From contig JAPETS010000014.1 of the NCBI GenBank assembly GCA_026023565.1, positions 310,001-374,000 of the forward strand: 64,000 nt of DNA, given 5' to 3'. The notes beneath the pieces are model-generated. The model worked only from the letters and a program-made list of their open reading frames with translations. It was not told the DNA's origin and did not search any database. How positions within the stretch are numbered: the stretch's first letter is position 1; the number at the start of each line of letters is the position of its first letter. The stretch is from Cirrosporium novae-zelandiae (lineage: Eukaryota). The translations under genes were made by a program, and so were the position numbers. Shown piece after piece: positions 1-12,492 of the stretch.

Positions 1-226
1 TACACAGAACCACAAACCACTCAACTCCCCCCCCCCGCTCTCTATCTTTGCCAACCACCCTATCCACAGACAGCAAAAGTAAAGTGCACATTCAAAGGGC
101 GTGACGCCCATCGGAAAAGTCCAAAGAGCCCAAGCCGACAAAAATCCCCACCTACCGTAATCCACCCACCCACTAAATCTAACTAGTTAAACCAACCAAC
201 TCAACCCAACAATTAAATACATGCCA

Positions 227-227
227 C

Positions 228-258
<31 letters not shown>
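227..258 (+). repeat. (TAG)n microsatellite
   Basis: About 10 AGT units. Confidence 0.9.
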
Positions 259-2495
259 AGAGGGGGATGAAGAAGAAGAAAAAGGAGCGATTAGTCTTCC
301 CAAACCCACGATCGTGATTGTTCGATGCCGATTCGATATCGATTAGTTCGGTCCAATCAATGACGAGGGACAAGAACACCCAAGCCCCCCCTCCCCGCCA
401 AGCTAATGCCAAGAATTAAATGTAAGTGGACCCTTTGCAACACCAACACCAAACATTCAACAGCCAAGAGAAGAAAAAAAACCGTTGCATACATGCATGC
501 ATGGAGGTAGGTGGATAATACCCCTTCTTCCCCGCCCGTCGCCCCGCCCCACATACACACACAAATACCACACAAATACCACACAAATACCACACATACA
601 CCATACATACACATACCCAACCATAAATACATACCATACTCATACCTCATGCGCGCATAATTTTTTCTCTTGGGAAGGGGGCGTGGGTCGGGGAGTTTTA
701 GGTTCTGGGTTTTTGGGATTGACGGATCAGACAGCTCATCATCATTGATGCTAGCGGCTATTGGCTAAATTCGTTCATTTAGATTGGTTGGTTTGGTTGG
801 GCTTGTTAGTTAATTAGTTGGGTGCCGTTGTTGTTATTGTTGCTGCTGCCGCTGTGATGGTGTTAATTGATCGGTAGGTTTGTCGGTCAGTCGGTCGGGA
901 CCATCCATTTTATTCATTTCATTTATTAATACAAACGGTCAAAGCAAAAATCGAGTCAAGCCAAATCAAGTTGTCGACGTCAGCAGGCGAGGGAGGTTTT
1001 TATCTGGTGATCTGAATGGCTGACTGGCTGGCTGGCTTGGTTGGTGGTTCCCCATTATCATCAATTCGAATCCCAGGAAGGGCAAAAGTAAACACAACCT
1101 TCGCTCGGGCGAATACAGAAAAGAAAAAAAAATAAAAAGAAAAATAACCCGTCATTGTTTCATAGATACCTAGGTAGGTAATTGTCTCGTCCGCTGATAG
1201 AAGCCAGAACAAAATTTCAAACCAAAAAAACAACCCCTCGAACTAATAAGCGACGGTCTGTCCTGCCCGTTTATTCTGTCTGTCGGTACCAAAGCCCAGC
1301 CCAAAAGGCTAGGTTTTATTACGTTCGGGCGCAAATCCTTCCAATCTCATCGCTTCCCACATCCCCCATAAGTCAAAATGGCTCGCGTAAACTTACCGAA
1401 AGAAAGAGAAAACAAAAAGTGGCCATCTTTCCCCCCCATCGGCATCGGAGCGGCCCGTCATCCCGCTGGGAAAATTAAACGAGAGAAAGAAAGAACATTG
1501 GAAAGCAAAAAAGGGAAAAATAGATAGGAAGAATCCCCCCCCCCAATTGACTAGACTGATTAAGTTGAGTTGGGTAGATGTGGGTTCGTTGAGAGAGCAG
1601 CGGGCAGCGGGAAGTTAAATTTTTTTTGGATGAACTTGAGGAGAAAGAAATTGGTTGGGGTTTGATTTTTTTGGAGATTTTTTCATGCGGGCGTGGGTTG
1701 GATTTGGTATGGAAATAGAGATGGTTGTGATTGGAGTTTAGATATCCTGGGAGTTTGGTTTCTGGGATGTTAGTTGGTTGGTTGGTTGGATTGGATGGGT
1801 TTAGATGGGGAAGATCGGGTTTTATTTATTGTTCCTTCGTTTCCTCCCCCTGGAAATGAGACGATCACCATGCGTCATTATACGAGATTAGGTAAGCTAG
1901 AACGAGGAGAAACGGAGAATTTGAGTGAAGATCCCCATCAGCATGTCACAGCCTTCGGACTTTTGATTTTGTTTTCGGTTAGGAAAAAAAACTATCGGAT
2001 CGTGGATTAATAAAAGAATGTTTTCGCAAGGTCAAGGGAATGGTCGGGCAAGGCTCCCTCCACGTTTATTCAAGAGCCTTCCTGATCATCAATACCATGC
2101 ACACATGTACACGTTCTTGTACGCTTGTTTGTCTGAGATGTAGTAAATTTTTTGAATCAAAATGAAACCAGGTTTGCCTCCTTCCAGGGTCCCATCAGTA
2201 AGCCAAGCCAAGCCGAACCAATTCAATTGCTGAAGATCGAGAATGAGCTTTCGAGTCGTAAGTGCGTGGAATCGTGGAATCGAACATGATCGACCATGAA
2301 GGGAATCCAAACAACAACGACAGGTATAAAAGCAAAAGAAAGGTGCAGGAAGTGGTATTGGAATTCATTGGGGCCATAGTATTCGTAACGTTCGTCAGTG
2401 TTAAGATGGGTAGAGCAATCAGGACTCGAATCGAGTTGCAATATATGATGTGAGATGAAAACATGGTGCTAGCTAGATGGTTCGCAAAATAGATG

Positions 2496-3591
2496 TCATG
2501 ATCGGTGTTCCCCCAGCCTCAACGCAGCTAATTTCTCCTGCACCCTTTTAACAACTTCAGGGTCAGGCTCGGGCTTGACTTTCTTCGGTCTGTAGAAAAG
2601 TAAGCGAATGTGTGCGAAGCGAAAATTCAAAAACTTACGGGACCCTTGGACAGTTAGGACAACGTTGGTGGTTACAATTCGCACAGGTTTTTGAGTGCGC
2701 AATGAACGTGGAATTGCATTCATGACACAACCATCTGACCCTCATTCTAATCTTCTTATATTGGCGATTTGGCACTCGAGGCCTAAGTGGCATCTCCGCT
2801 TCACTCTCTCCATAGTCAACATCTCCTGGATATCCATGGGGAAATTTCTTAGGTTTGGCTCTAGAATATTGATTAGCAATTTATCCGAGGCATAGGCTTG
2901 AGGGGCCATACGGGTCACGCGGGCATTTGCTGCAACGAGCATGGCCACACTTCTCACACTGCTTCGAGTGTACTGCAAAGCTGGTTTTACATTCGTGACA
3001 AGTGCGGTGGATTCTTTGCACAACGGGATGATAGATGCGGTCTTGACCACCAACTTTGGCAGGGATAGAAAGAACGCCCTTCTTCTTCGCTTTTTCCGCT
3101 GCAGTCAAAGGCTTCTTCTTAGGAGGGTGACGAGGACACTTCTTGCAAAGATGATGCTGGCATTTTGAGCAAATCTTGTCACCGCCAAAGGTAGTGTTGC
3201 ACTTATGGCACTGGCGTCGCACCCTGAGACGGATAGGCTTTTCCACCCTCTCAACTTTGTCACTGAGCGAGGCCGTCCATTCACCGGGATCAAGTGTCAG
3301 GCCATATTTCTCCATGAGTTTCTTAGCTCTCTCCTGCTGTACTTCACTTCGGCTAAGGACCTTTGGCTTGGCCAAGCTGGAGACACCACCGATGGGTGGA
3401 AGCTGAGGTGCCTCCTTGGATACATGTGTAACAGGTGGTTGCGTAGAGGATGGCTTGGAGCTAGATGATGCCTTGCTTGGCTCTCCCGAGCTCTTCGATC
3501 TTCCTTTCCTCAACAATAGGCTTGCCCTCCTCAATGCCTTGTTGAAACTCGACTTCTTCTCCGCAGGCTTGGATGAGGTTGGCTCAGTCAT
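2496..3591 (-). CDS. Fungal protein with three tandem Cys/His (CxxC..CxxCxH..CxxC) zinc-finger-like repeats, 3 exons
   Basis: ATG at 3591. Introns 2911-2861 (GTATGG..GCTAAT..CTAG) and 2638-2590 (GTAAGT..CTACAG) join three frames into one ORF ending ...LRLGEHRS* at 2496. Repeats: CHKC..CSKCQHHLCKKCPR, CHEC..CEKCGHARCSKCPR, CHEC..CANCNHQRCPNCPR. Confidence 0.85.
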
Positions 3592-5649
3592 CTTGACAGC
3601 CGTGGGTCTTGAATTGACACAATGGTTTCGATTGGCTTTCAGTTTAGATATGTCAGGTTGTTGGTGTAACGATTACTGTTGCAGCCAGGAATCTATCAAG
3701 CACAATTCGGTAATAGGCTTCTCATATAATAGCAATGCGATCTTTCACACTCGTGTTGATTTTTTACCAACAACTTTCCATTGCAGGTGTTTGATAGATG
3801 GATACACAACTATGGCAATCCAAGATCATGGAAGATTGGAAGTGCAAGTTGCTGAGAATTGTTGATTGAGGAATGGATAGCTGTAAGTAAAAAAGAACCA
3901 GAAAGCGAAGCGACGGCAGGCTAATGTAGATAGGACGCTTGTGATAGGGTCTGTTCACCTGATAGATGTGAGGCGGAATACAAGGCGAAGCTAGATGGGG
4001 GAGGTTAACTGGCAATTGACAATGGATAATTGGTAATTGCAGTACTCTCGAGGCTTCCGATTTCGCAAAAAATAGACGGAGTAATATTGTCGTGGGCGTC
4101 CAGATGAGGTAGCGAAAGGGTTATAAAAAAAGAATGGAATAACAGGGGAAACAGTGAAGATTTATCGTAGGAGTTCCAATTCCTTGTCAGGACTCAATAG
4201 CGCATTGAGATTATCGAAGGAACATCAGAGGTAACCAGTTGAAGTAGAATCGAAGATTAGCGCATTGGGTGTTCAGACGTTCAAGACAAGCCGATTGTCC
4301 GTTGTTGCGTAGGTTTAGGTAGCGGTGGTAGCCTGCGTGTGTTGCATGTATCGTTTCGAGCTTGATGGCTTTCTCGGGTTGTCCGTGGGCCGTCAGATCC
4401 TAGGTTGGCGGGCAGGTTTTGGGGCGGTAGGAACAACTGGAACCCCGGTGACTGCAGTGGTCTTTTATTTTTTGGTGTCAATACGGATCAATTTCAATGA
4501 GTATGGGGGGATGCCAGTGGGAGGGAAAGCCGGCAATGATAGTCTATGGACAGTGCATGCAGAAAGGGACCTAGAGAAGGGGACCCAACCCAACATCCCA
4601 AGTTTCCAAGTTTCCAAGTTTCCAAGCTTTTTTTACATACAGGTATACTAAGCCCCGGTCGCGTAAAAAAGACATGACAAGCCTTTTACTGGAATTTACT
4701 AGCATTTACTAGCATTTAATGTCATCTGGCAGGGATCAGGGATACACTGCAGATATGACATTACTGTTTTCGGGTCTCCCGTTGCATCTAAAAGTCTATA
4801 AAGGGTTTAATGGGTTTCCGGTTATTCATTTAAACTCTATTAGTATTTTATCCGAGGCCCAACTAACAATCGTCCGTTTGGTTCACCTGTATTGCTGTAA
4901 TCTAATCCTACCTTGGATCGGCTAATCCTTTCTTTCGGTAAAGGTTGGTTCTCTTTCTCCCGGGGCTCTGGGAGAAGGACGGGAACATCATTAATCACTA
5001 ATTAACCAAAGTACAAGAACCATACACGTGTATACAATACAAAAAGGTGTTTTGTAATACAGTAGGAAAAGGTCCCTCCTTTTCTGTCTTCTTCTCTGTT
5101 TTTGGTGCTACCTGATAAGTTGGGTTGGAGAACAAACCTAAGAATTACGACGGATAGACACGTTATTGCACGTTTCTCTCTTTCTCTAGCTTCCCTAAGC
5201 TTTGGGAATTAATCATGGTACTAACCAAAGGGGATGTAGTGATGCAGGATTCAAATTTGAATTTGAATTTGTTGAATATCCAAAAGTATAAATATTAGTG
5301 TGCCGGGGTGCGTACGCTGATAAGAAAAGCCCCCAGTGACCCCCATGATTTCTTAAGTTCAGGCCTAACTTCTCGCCCACCTCGGCATTGATCCCATTTA
5401 AGCTCTGGCACTGAGGAATGGTGAGAAGTTAACGCGGACATCATTCCGCACCATACCTTAAACCTCTGTAACTTCCGTCTTGACTTCCACTAAAAATTAC
5501 TAACAAATACTAAAATTACTAAAATTACAACCTCCTGAAATTCCCAATACCATCAAATACGTCTAATACTTCTACTCCTCCAGAACAGGGCGCCGCTCCC
5601 GTTCATTGCTTAATTCCCGATGCCTCAGTTATCTAGCATTGGGGCCAAC

Positions 5650-8600
5650 AATAGGCTTGTGCAGTGCTGATGCAGCAGCCCCTTGGAACTAACTCCTAAA
5701 TAATCTCTGGAACGGCATGTCTGCGTACCTGCGAGATTGCTTGTTGATGTTATGATCTGATGTTGTTTCTTTACTTGATACTTGGCTCTTGTGCCAATAC
5801 AGAGAGTAGGAATTGCTGTTACGGGCATTATTATACTTCCCAAAGTGACACAAGCTCTCAATATCGGGTCTGGTCTGATGAAAAATTCTCCTGGCTCACA
5901 GCATCATGACCTTTCTTCGGATACCAACACCGTACATCATCTACATCAACAATACTTGTTACCCTTAGATGACATTGTATCATGACAAATGTCGTCACCG
6001 GCGCGTATCTTCACCATAAGTGATAAAATGGCTCTTGTATTGCCGTACGTGGTGCTAAAGCTCGGTCGGCAACGGGCTTGCGAGAAGCTGATAGTATCCA
6101 TCTAGGCATCTATATCCTTCCTTTTCATCAACTCTTCGGAAATCGGAATGCCACATCCACTGTATACTTTCTCAACACAGGAATTATCCAGACTTTTGGA
6201 TCCCTCATTAATTCATGAATGCCAGAGTGACATTGCATCAACCGGAATGAGAGGAGAGAAATCCGTGAGCGATTTTCCGGATAGATACCCGTTTTGTGGG
6301 GGTCTCCACTTCGAATTTCGACCGAATAAGTCCCACTTGTACGAGTTTTGTTTTCTTCAAGGTCCCATCGACGACATTAAATTATTAACAACTTGCCATT
6401 TTATTTTTGTCCTACGTTGGGCCCTATGCGAATACGGTTTCTGCTGTCAGATAATGTTTTATTTCGAAAAAGATGGCCAAAGTCAAAGGTGAAGAACCAC
6501 AGATGATTTCTTCGTCCCGAACCTTCTCTGCCGCTACAACCAGGTTCTCGGACATCTGACAGTTTGTGGATAATATCCGTCAACAAATCTAGCCGACATC
6601 ACGGTACTCTGTGTCAACAATGTTTCGACTTCCGCTTTGCTAAGGTTTTCTTGCAAGTTCTACTTCCTTAAGGAGTATTCTCTACTTAATATTCATTACC
6701 TTATCCAACATTGATATTCCTGTCGCAGCCTTGCTTTCCCAAGACGCGTCCGTTCCCAATAATTACCTATTTTCAGTGTTGACAATATGCTTTTGCATGA
6801 GCAGAATTTTGTTACATTGTTACTTTTTAATTGTGTGCTTAATCGAGTGAGAACATGTGAAGCTTGGTAAAAGCTCATGTCTTCTAGAGGCTGCGAATAT
6901 TTTCTGCTATGGTCGGCAGTCATTGTCGGCATATATCTTTCCTTCAATGAATGACTCTCACTGATGGTCCACCAATAGCGATTGAAATAAAATCGACTAC
7001 ATTTTAGGTTAGAGTCATTCTGATAGTTGCTAACAACCCGCTGAACCTCTGTTGTCAGCACTGTTGTTCAAGGCTTTCTCAATATGCCGCTTCGAGACCT
7101 ATAAGTTGAAATTACTTTAATAGGCAATTCGATTCTCTGCGTCCCTGATAACAATTATCAAAGGACTCAAGTTGCTCAGGCAAAAAATGAAAATATCCGT
7201 AGTCAATGTGATAGCAGGACACAGAGGAAAAGGATAGAAGGGGTCATTGTTGTAGGATTTGAAGGACAGATCGGAAGAGGCCCTCGTGTAACGAAACGCT
7301 TTCATCGGAGTAATTCAGGGGGCTCTCTGTTGGCTACGGAAGATATTCGACTTCCTACTCTCTATGACTCTATTCATATAGGTTTTCGCTTCCGCTACTA
7401 TATTTCGCATATCGCAGTTATCTACCTGTCCTACCCAGCAGCCTTTATTCCTCAAGTCTCATATATTTACCTCAAAGCATCAAGATGCTAACCTCATCGT
7501 CCTTCGCTTCACCCTATGTTATAAATACTGACTGATAGAAATGAACCCTAGCACAAAATAAACGAGCTCCTATGATTGATATATCAATTGCTACCACCCA
7601 AATAGAGTGTAGATAAAGCGAAAGCGAAAATGTGAAATAGGTATTGCAAAGCAGACCACCCCTTAGAGTCGATGAAATAATTGAGCACTAGTATGCTGTG
7701 CTTGGATGGCGTAGCAGGCACATACGATTCTATTGATGGACGGGTAGCGACCGCTGCGAGGTGTTCATAAATAGCTAATACCTCAATGCTGTGACAATTC
7801 CATTCGTAAATAAGTTCTAGAGACGGCTAGCAAGGTCGTAACCTTTTTTTGTAATAGACCTTATGGCAAACAGGCCTACCTCATGACTAAAGAAACTTTG
7901 ATAGCCATGAAGGCTTCTCTTTACATCGTATCTATTTCATAAGAATAAGAATTTATTTAATATTTACATCATAGCTGTTTTAATTGCTGCCGAGATGCCG
8001 CTGAACTAGGCAGTAAATATCCATGTACGGGGAATCGGAGAGTGCGGACCGGCCCGATGACGCGAAATAACTCTCCCGAGCTACCGAGTCAACCTCAAGC
8101 CTATCGAGCGGAATAGAGGACCCAACTATCACCCCTGCCAAACGTATCCGCTCACACTTCAAGACTCTCTTCTACGATCGGAACTATGAGACGAAGAGAA
8201 AGGGTCTAAGAATCCTCCGTCTTCCAATCGGCAGTTATTGCGGCGTATCCTGCACAAGAATTGTCACAGTCTCTAGGGATCATTTAATGGAACTGTGATA
8301 AAGAAGACGAAGGTGGAGTTGACTTGTGAACCATTGATAATTTTACAGGGTGTTAGGAACGCAATGCGGTAATAAATATTAATGCCTGTAAGTCAGCTCA
8401 TCAATGTCACTCAAGATCCTTGACTAACACGGCAGCGATAATCCTAGGAAAGCGCAAAGCATCACGTTTGAGGATTTCGGAGTGTCAATCTATTATATAA
8501 CATTGAGAATAGGCAAGGAAGAATAATAATCTCTTCTAGGAGCCAGCAACTACTGTGTCAGGGCTAGAAAATGGCGAGATTGTTCTCAGTCGTCCGCGTA

Positions 8601-10540
8601 CCCGAGAAGATTCAAACTAAGAATTGACCTTACATATATGGAAAATATGTGGTACCGACAGCAATTCATTATAATGGACAAAACTTGGAAGCAAAAGCGG
8701 AAAAATCTAGAAAATCAAGTCATCTTTCTTTGCGTTGTATGGAACAATCTACATGGCCAATGAGCTTGGAGTTTTGCCAGATGAATGGGAACGCTCCGAT
8801 GAAACTCAAGATCTAGGCTAGCTTGCTAATCCGGATGATAGTTTTTTTGTCTTCCCCTTAAAAGAATGTCAGGCTTGGTTTGAAGGTTCCTAATTGATCC
8901 ATCAAAGTGGCTGCCGTGTGGTAGATGAATCCTGACCCGTTACTATATCCTTGAGTTATACTAATGTGAAATTTATTTGGGTTGATAGCATTAAAACTGA
9001 TGAGATAGTGACTCCGGGAGCGAAATATCTGAATTTGTCACTGCTAATAGACCTCTATCTCAGGACAAGCTATCCGCCCAAATACAAACACTAGCTTCGA
9101 TGGGGCGTGATGGTACTGGGAAAGATATTTCTGAAGGGAGCTCTAAATACATATCGTGCTTGGTATAAATCCATCATCAAGGAAGTGGAATTGTCGCTTT
9201 TCAAATCAAACGACGTTCAGATACCATTCCTCTCAAAGAGCACTGACAAAAGCTGTAGTGGGCCCAGAACAGCAACAACCTAAAACTAATAACTTATCCA
9301 AGCATCCTAGAGCTCCTGCCGATTCTACGCGTAATAATTACGATCCTGCCCATTGATAAAGAATTCACTAGATGAAACTGCTTCTACAACAGCCCTCGCA
9401 AGGCTGGCATGCATTGCGAAAGTGGCGATTCTAATGGTTGATAAACCAAGGCAAATTTCAATACGAATGCAAAATTTGAATCGGGCTCCCCTGTTAGATC
9501 AGGGCTGTAGTAATTGTGCCAGCTTGGATAGGCAGGCGAGGCATATAATGGAAATTCTACAGAACCCCTATTTAATTGCTAAGATTTTGATCCTTCTCTT
9601 TTCTTAGAAAAAGGTATGTAAATTACAGAACAGGTGTCAGGGTCGACATAACCGAGAAATCTCCGAAATCTGGATTGGAATCTGTAACCGAACTTACGTC
9701 TACACATGAACCATTTGCAGAACCTGTACTAGCCTTCAGGTAATGAGAACCGGAAAGCTGTGACCAAGAACACCAAGAAAGTAATGTGAGCAATGTCCAG
9801 TCGAGGAGTCATTGAAGGCAAAATCTCTATCTTCAAGAAATCAACAACAGGTTATTTGTTTGGGGCGACTGAGATGCAACCGCTAGAAGCAACGCGAAGT
9901 CAAATAGGATAATGAACTCTGGGGTAACCCCAAAGCCAAGATGAGAATCCATGCCAGATCGTGCTACTAAGCTCGAATATAGATTAATCGTGACTTAAAA
10001 GAATGGAAGGTATGGAAGAAAGATACGGAAAAATACCAAATGAAACCAAAACTCTCAGCCCTCGATTATGATCCAGGCAATTATTGGATTATCTGTCCAG
10101 GTGAGATCGACCCTTCCGAAAACTAGAGCCTTTTTTCCTTTCTTCGTCGCGTCTAGGGTTCAATAAACATACGACACGCCACAGAGCAGGTCTCTCAATT
10201 CACAGAATACTATGAAGAGTCAAGGAGTATATTTGCCTCTTCTGAACAAGCCTGCGGCAGTAATCCAATAGACTCTGCTGGTGTATGGCGTCATTTTTCT
10301 GAACGCGGCAATGAAGATAGTCCAATTGTGGCTATAGGTCTCCCTTATCGATGATAATGATTTCTCCATTCCTTGTCTCAATGAACTTGAACCTCCTCGT
10401 AGCAACTCGAAGATCGCCTTGCTCGAAATCCAATAGCCATGCAATAGCACGAAGAAACATTCTTATCAAACCTTCCTCAACTTCCTTCCATGTAGAAGCA
10501 CGAGCATGAAGAGCATGAACTCCTTCCCCCCCAAGTTAGC
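5650..10540 (-). pseudogene. Degraded NLR-like gene: SesB-like alpha/beta hydrolase - NACHT - WD40 repeats
   Basis: Minus-strand remnants in the expected order, with many stops and frameshifts: FFVLLHGYW (~10450), ILILALGLPQSS (~9930; cf. IIFLGTPHxGS), EKRRIK (~9590), PAYPSWHN..LTGEPDS (~9510; eroded Walker A), PVPSRP (~9110), LAKLQAHWPCRL..RKM..FCFQVLSII..CR (~8780-8655), VNI*DLRNKGC (~7460), YSDESVSLHE..VLQIL (~7290). Boundaries approximate. Confidence 0.6.
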
Positions 10541-12492
10541 GGTGAAGAAACCACATGGGATAATCTATATTATTTTTTTTAACTTCCGAACAGTCGCTAG
10601 TGTTAGTTTTGACTCAAAAAACATAACAGACAATATGAAGCAAAAGTGCGTAACGAAATATCGACTAAAGGTCTTGATTGCCTTACCCCAGTGGTTCTAC
10701 CAACTGAATTCCTAAGTAGGTATTCACCCTTGCCTTGGTTATTATTCTGCCTACTCTATTCTGACATTTTTTTTTGCCAGTTACGAGAGTATTCCACATC
10801 CTCATCACACCCACAGACAAATATTACCATAGTACCATACACATATCCTCCAACCTACAAAGCCATTCCCAAGTTCCACTCATCAAGACACCAATATATA
10901 GCTACAGAAGTCGTTACTCAAGCAAACGTTTTCTTAAACAGCATCGCCCCCTTCCCCCTGCGGCCAAGGACAGCACAAGAAAGAAAGAAGGAAGATAAAT
11001 CACACACCCATATATTCTCCTTGGAGGAGATGAGAGATAAGAGATAGAAAGGCTAAGAAGGATAAAGCGACTTGACCAATTTGATACTTTGATACTTAGG
11101 CATGGAAGGATATTCAGCAATCAAGCAAACTTCCCTAAGCAAGAAAAAAATGGGGGAGGGTATTCATATTCTTCTCCCTACAGAAGTTGCGTTGCGTTTC
11201 GTTTCATTCCGTTCCCATCCAGTTTAGTCCGGCAGGATGATGATGATTTATTTTTATTGTCCGTATGTCGCTTCTAAGCTATGGCAGACATATGCAACAT
11301 GTACATGTACCTATGTAAGTAAAGCTAATAATGTTATATATCTAGGTATCTAATATTTGACAGTACACATACATATAGATAGATAGATAAATATGCATAT
11401 ACATATAACAATATCAGTATCCAAAATTTTTTTCCCAACACCCATCACAATCATCACCATCAAACCCCCCCACACCCCCATGCCCCCATACTTCCCGTGG
11501 ACACTTACCAAGCACCTACCCACCTACCTATCCACCCCCCTACTACCATCAGCACTCCCCTTTCCCACACTTTCCCACAAAGCATTTATTTCTCACCTTG
11601 TTACGTCCACCGAGTACGGGTTACGAGTACTGGGTACCTACCTACCTATCCCTAGTTAATGGACGTATATTAGTGAATAGTTGAGGTATGTTGTAGAAAG
11701 AACGAGGAAGATGGAGAGGGAAGGGGAAGGGGAGGGTCTCTGAGGATGAGGAATAAAAAAAAGGGACAGGGGGGGAGGGTTGCATGTGAGTGGATATGTT
11801 AGTTATTAGTTATTAAGCTTTTTTTTTTCTTTTCTTCTCTTGAATTGGAGTTGCACATAGTTGCGTTACATTGAATAAGAAAAAATAGTAATTAAATAGA
11901 TCTAGAACTTTGATTTTTTTAATCCGTAGCAGCAGTGGTGGTAGTGATGGTAGCCATCTCCACATAAAACTAAAAAAAAGGTTTTTGCTCTACTAATAAG
12001 TAGGAAGGGTTTTTTTTTCTTTCTCCCCTTCCACTTTCAAAATAAATACATGAAGGAAAAGTGAAAAGAAACAAAAAAAAAATTCCCTACTGTTGTCGTC
12101 GTCGTCTTCATCTTCATTTATTTTCTTCTTTCCCCTATACGATTCGAGTTTTTTCTATTGACAGCTTCTCGTCCCCCCCCTTGGGGCTTGGAAACCTTAC
12201 CTCATTGATATATAATTGCCCCCAGCTACCCCCCCCCCCCCATTCAATTGTGGGTACAAGCTTTGATCACTGAATGGTACTTATCCGCCTCGACTCTCTC
12301 TCCCTTGTGTCTATTTCATCATCCCATTCCAAAGACGTCGCCTGCCTTTCCGATCCCGTTGCTGTTTGATCCCGTAATCCAGTTCCATACCCATCAGAAG
12401 CGCCTCTAGAAGCCATCATACAACCGTAAATCCTCAATAAAAAACATTTATCCTTAGACCTTTTTAATTAATGAGGGTATGTCTTGATATGT

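Noticed and set aside
179..2460. Many short ORFs at the window start
   Set aside because: Derived from simple repeats and low-complexity intergenic/UTR sequence. No recognisable motifs or coherent exon chains.
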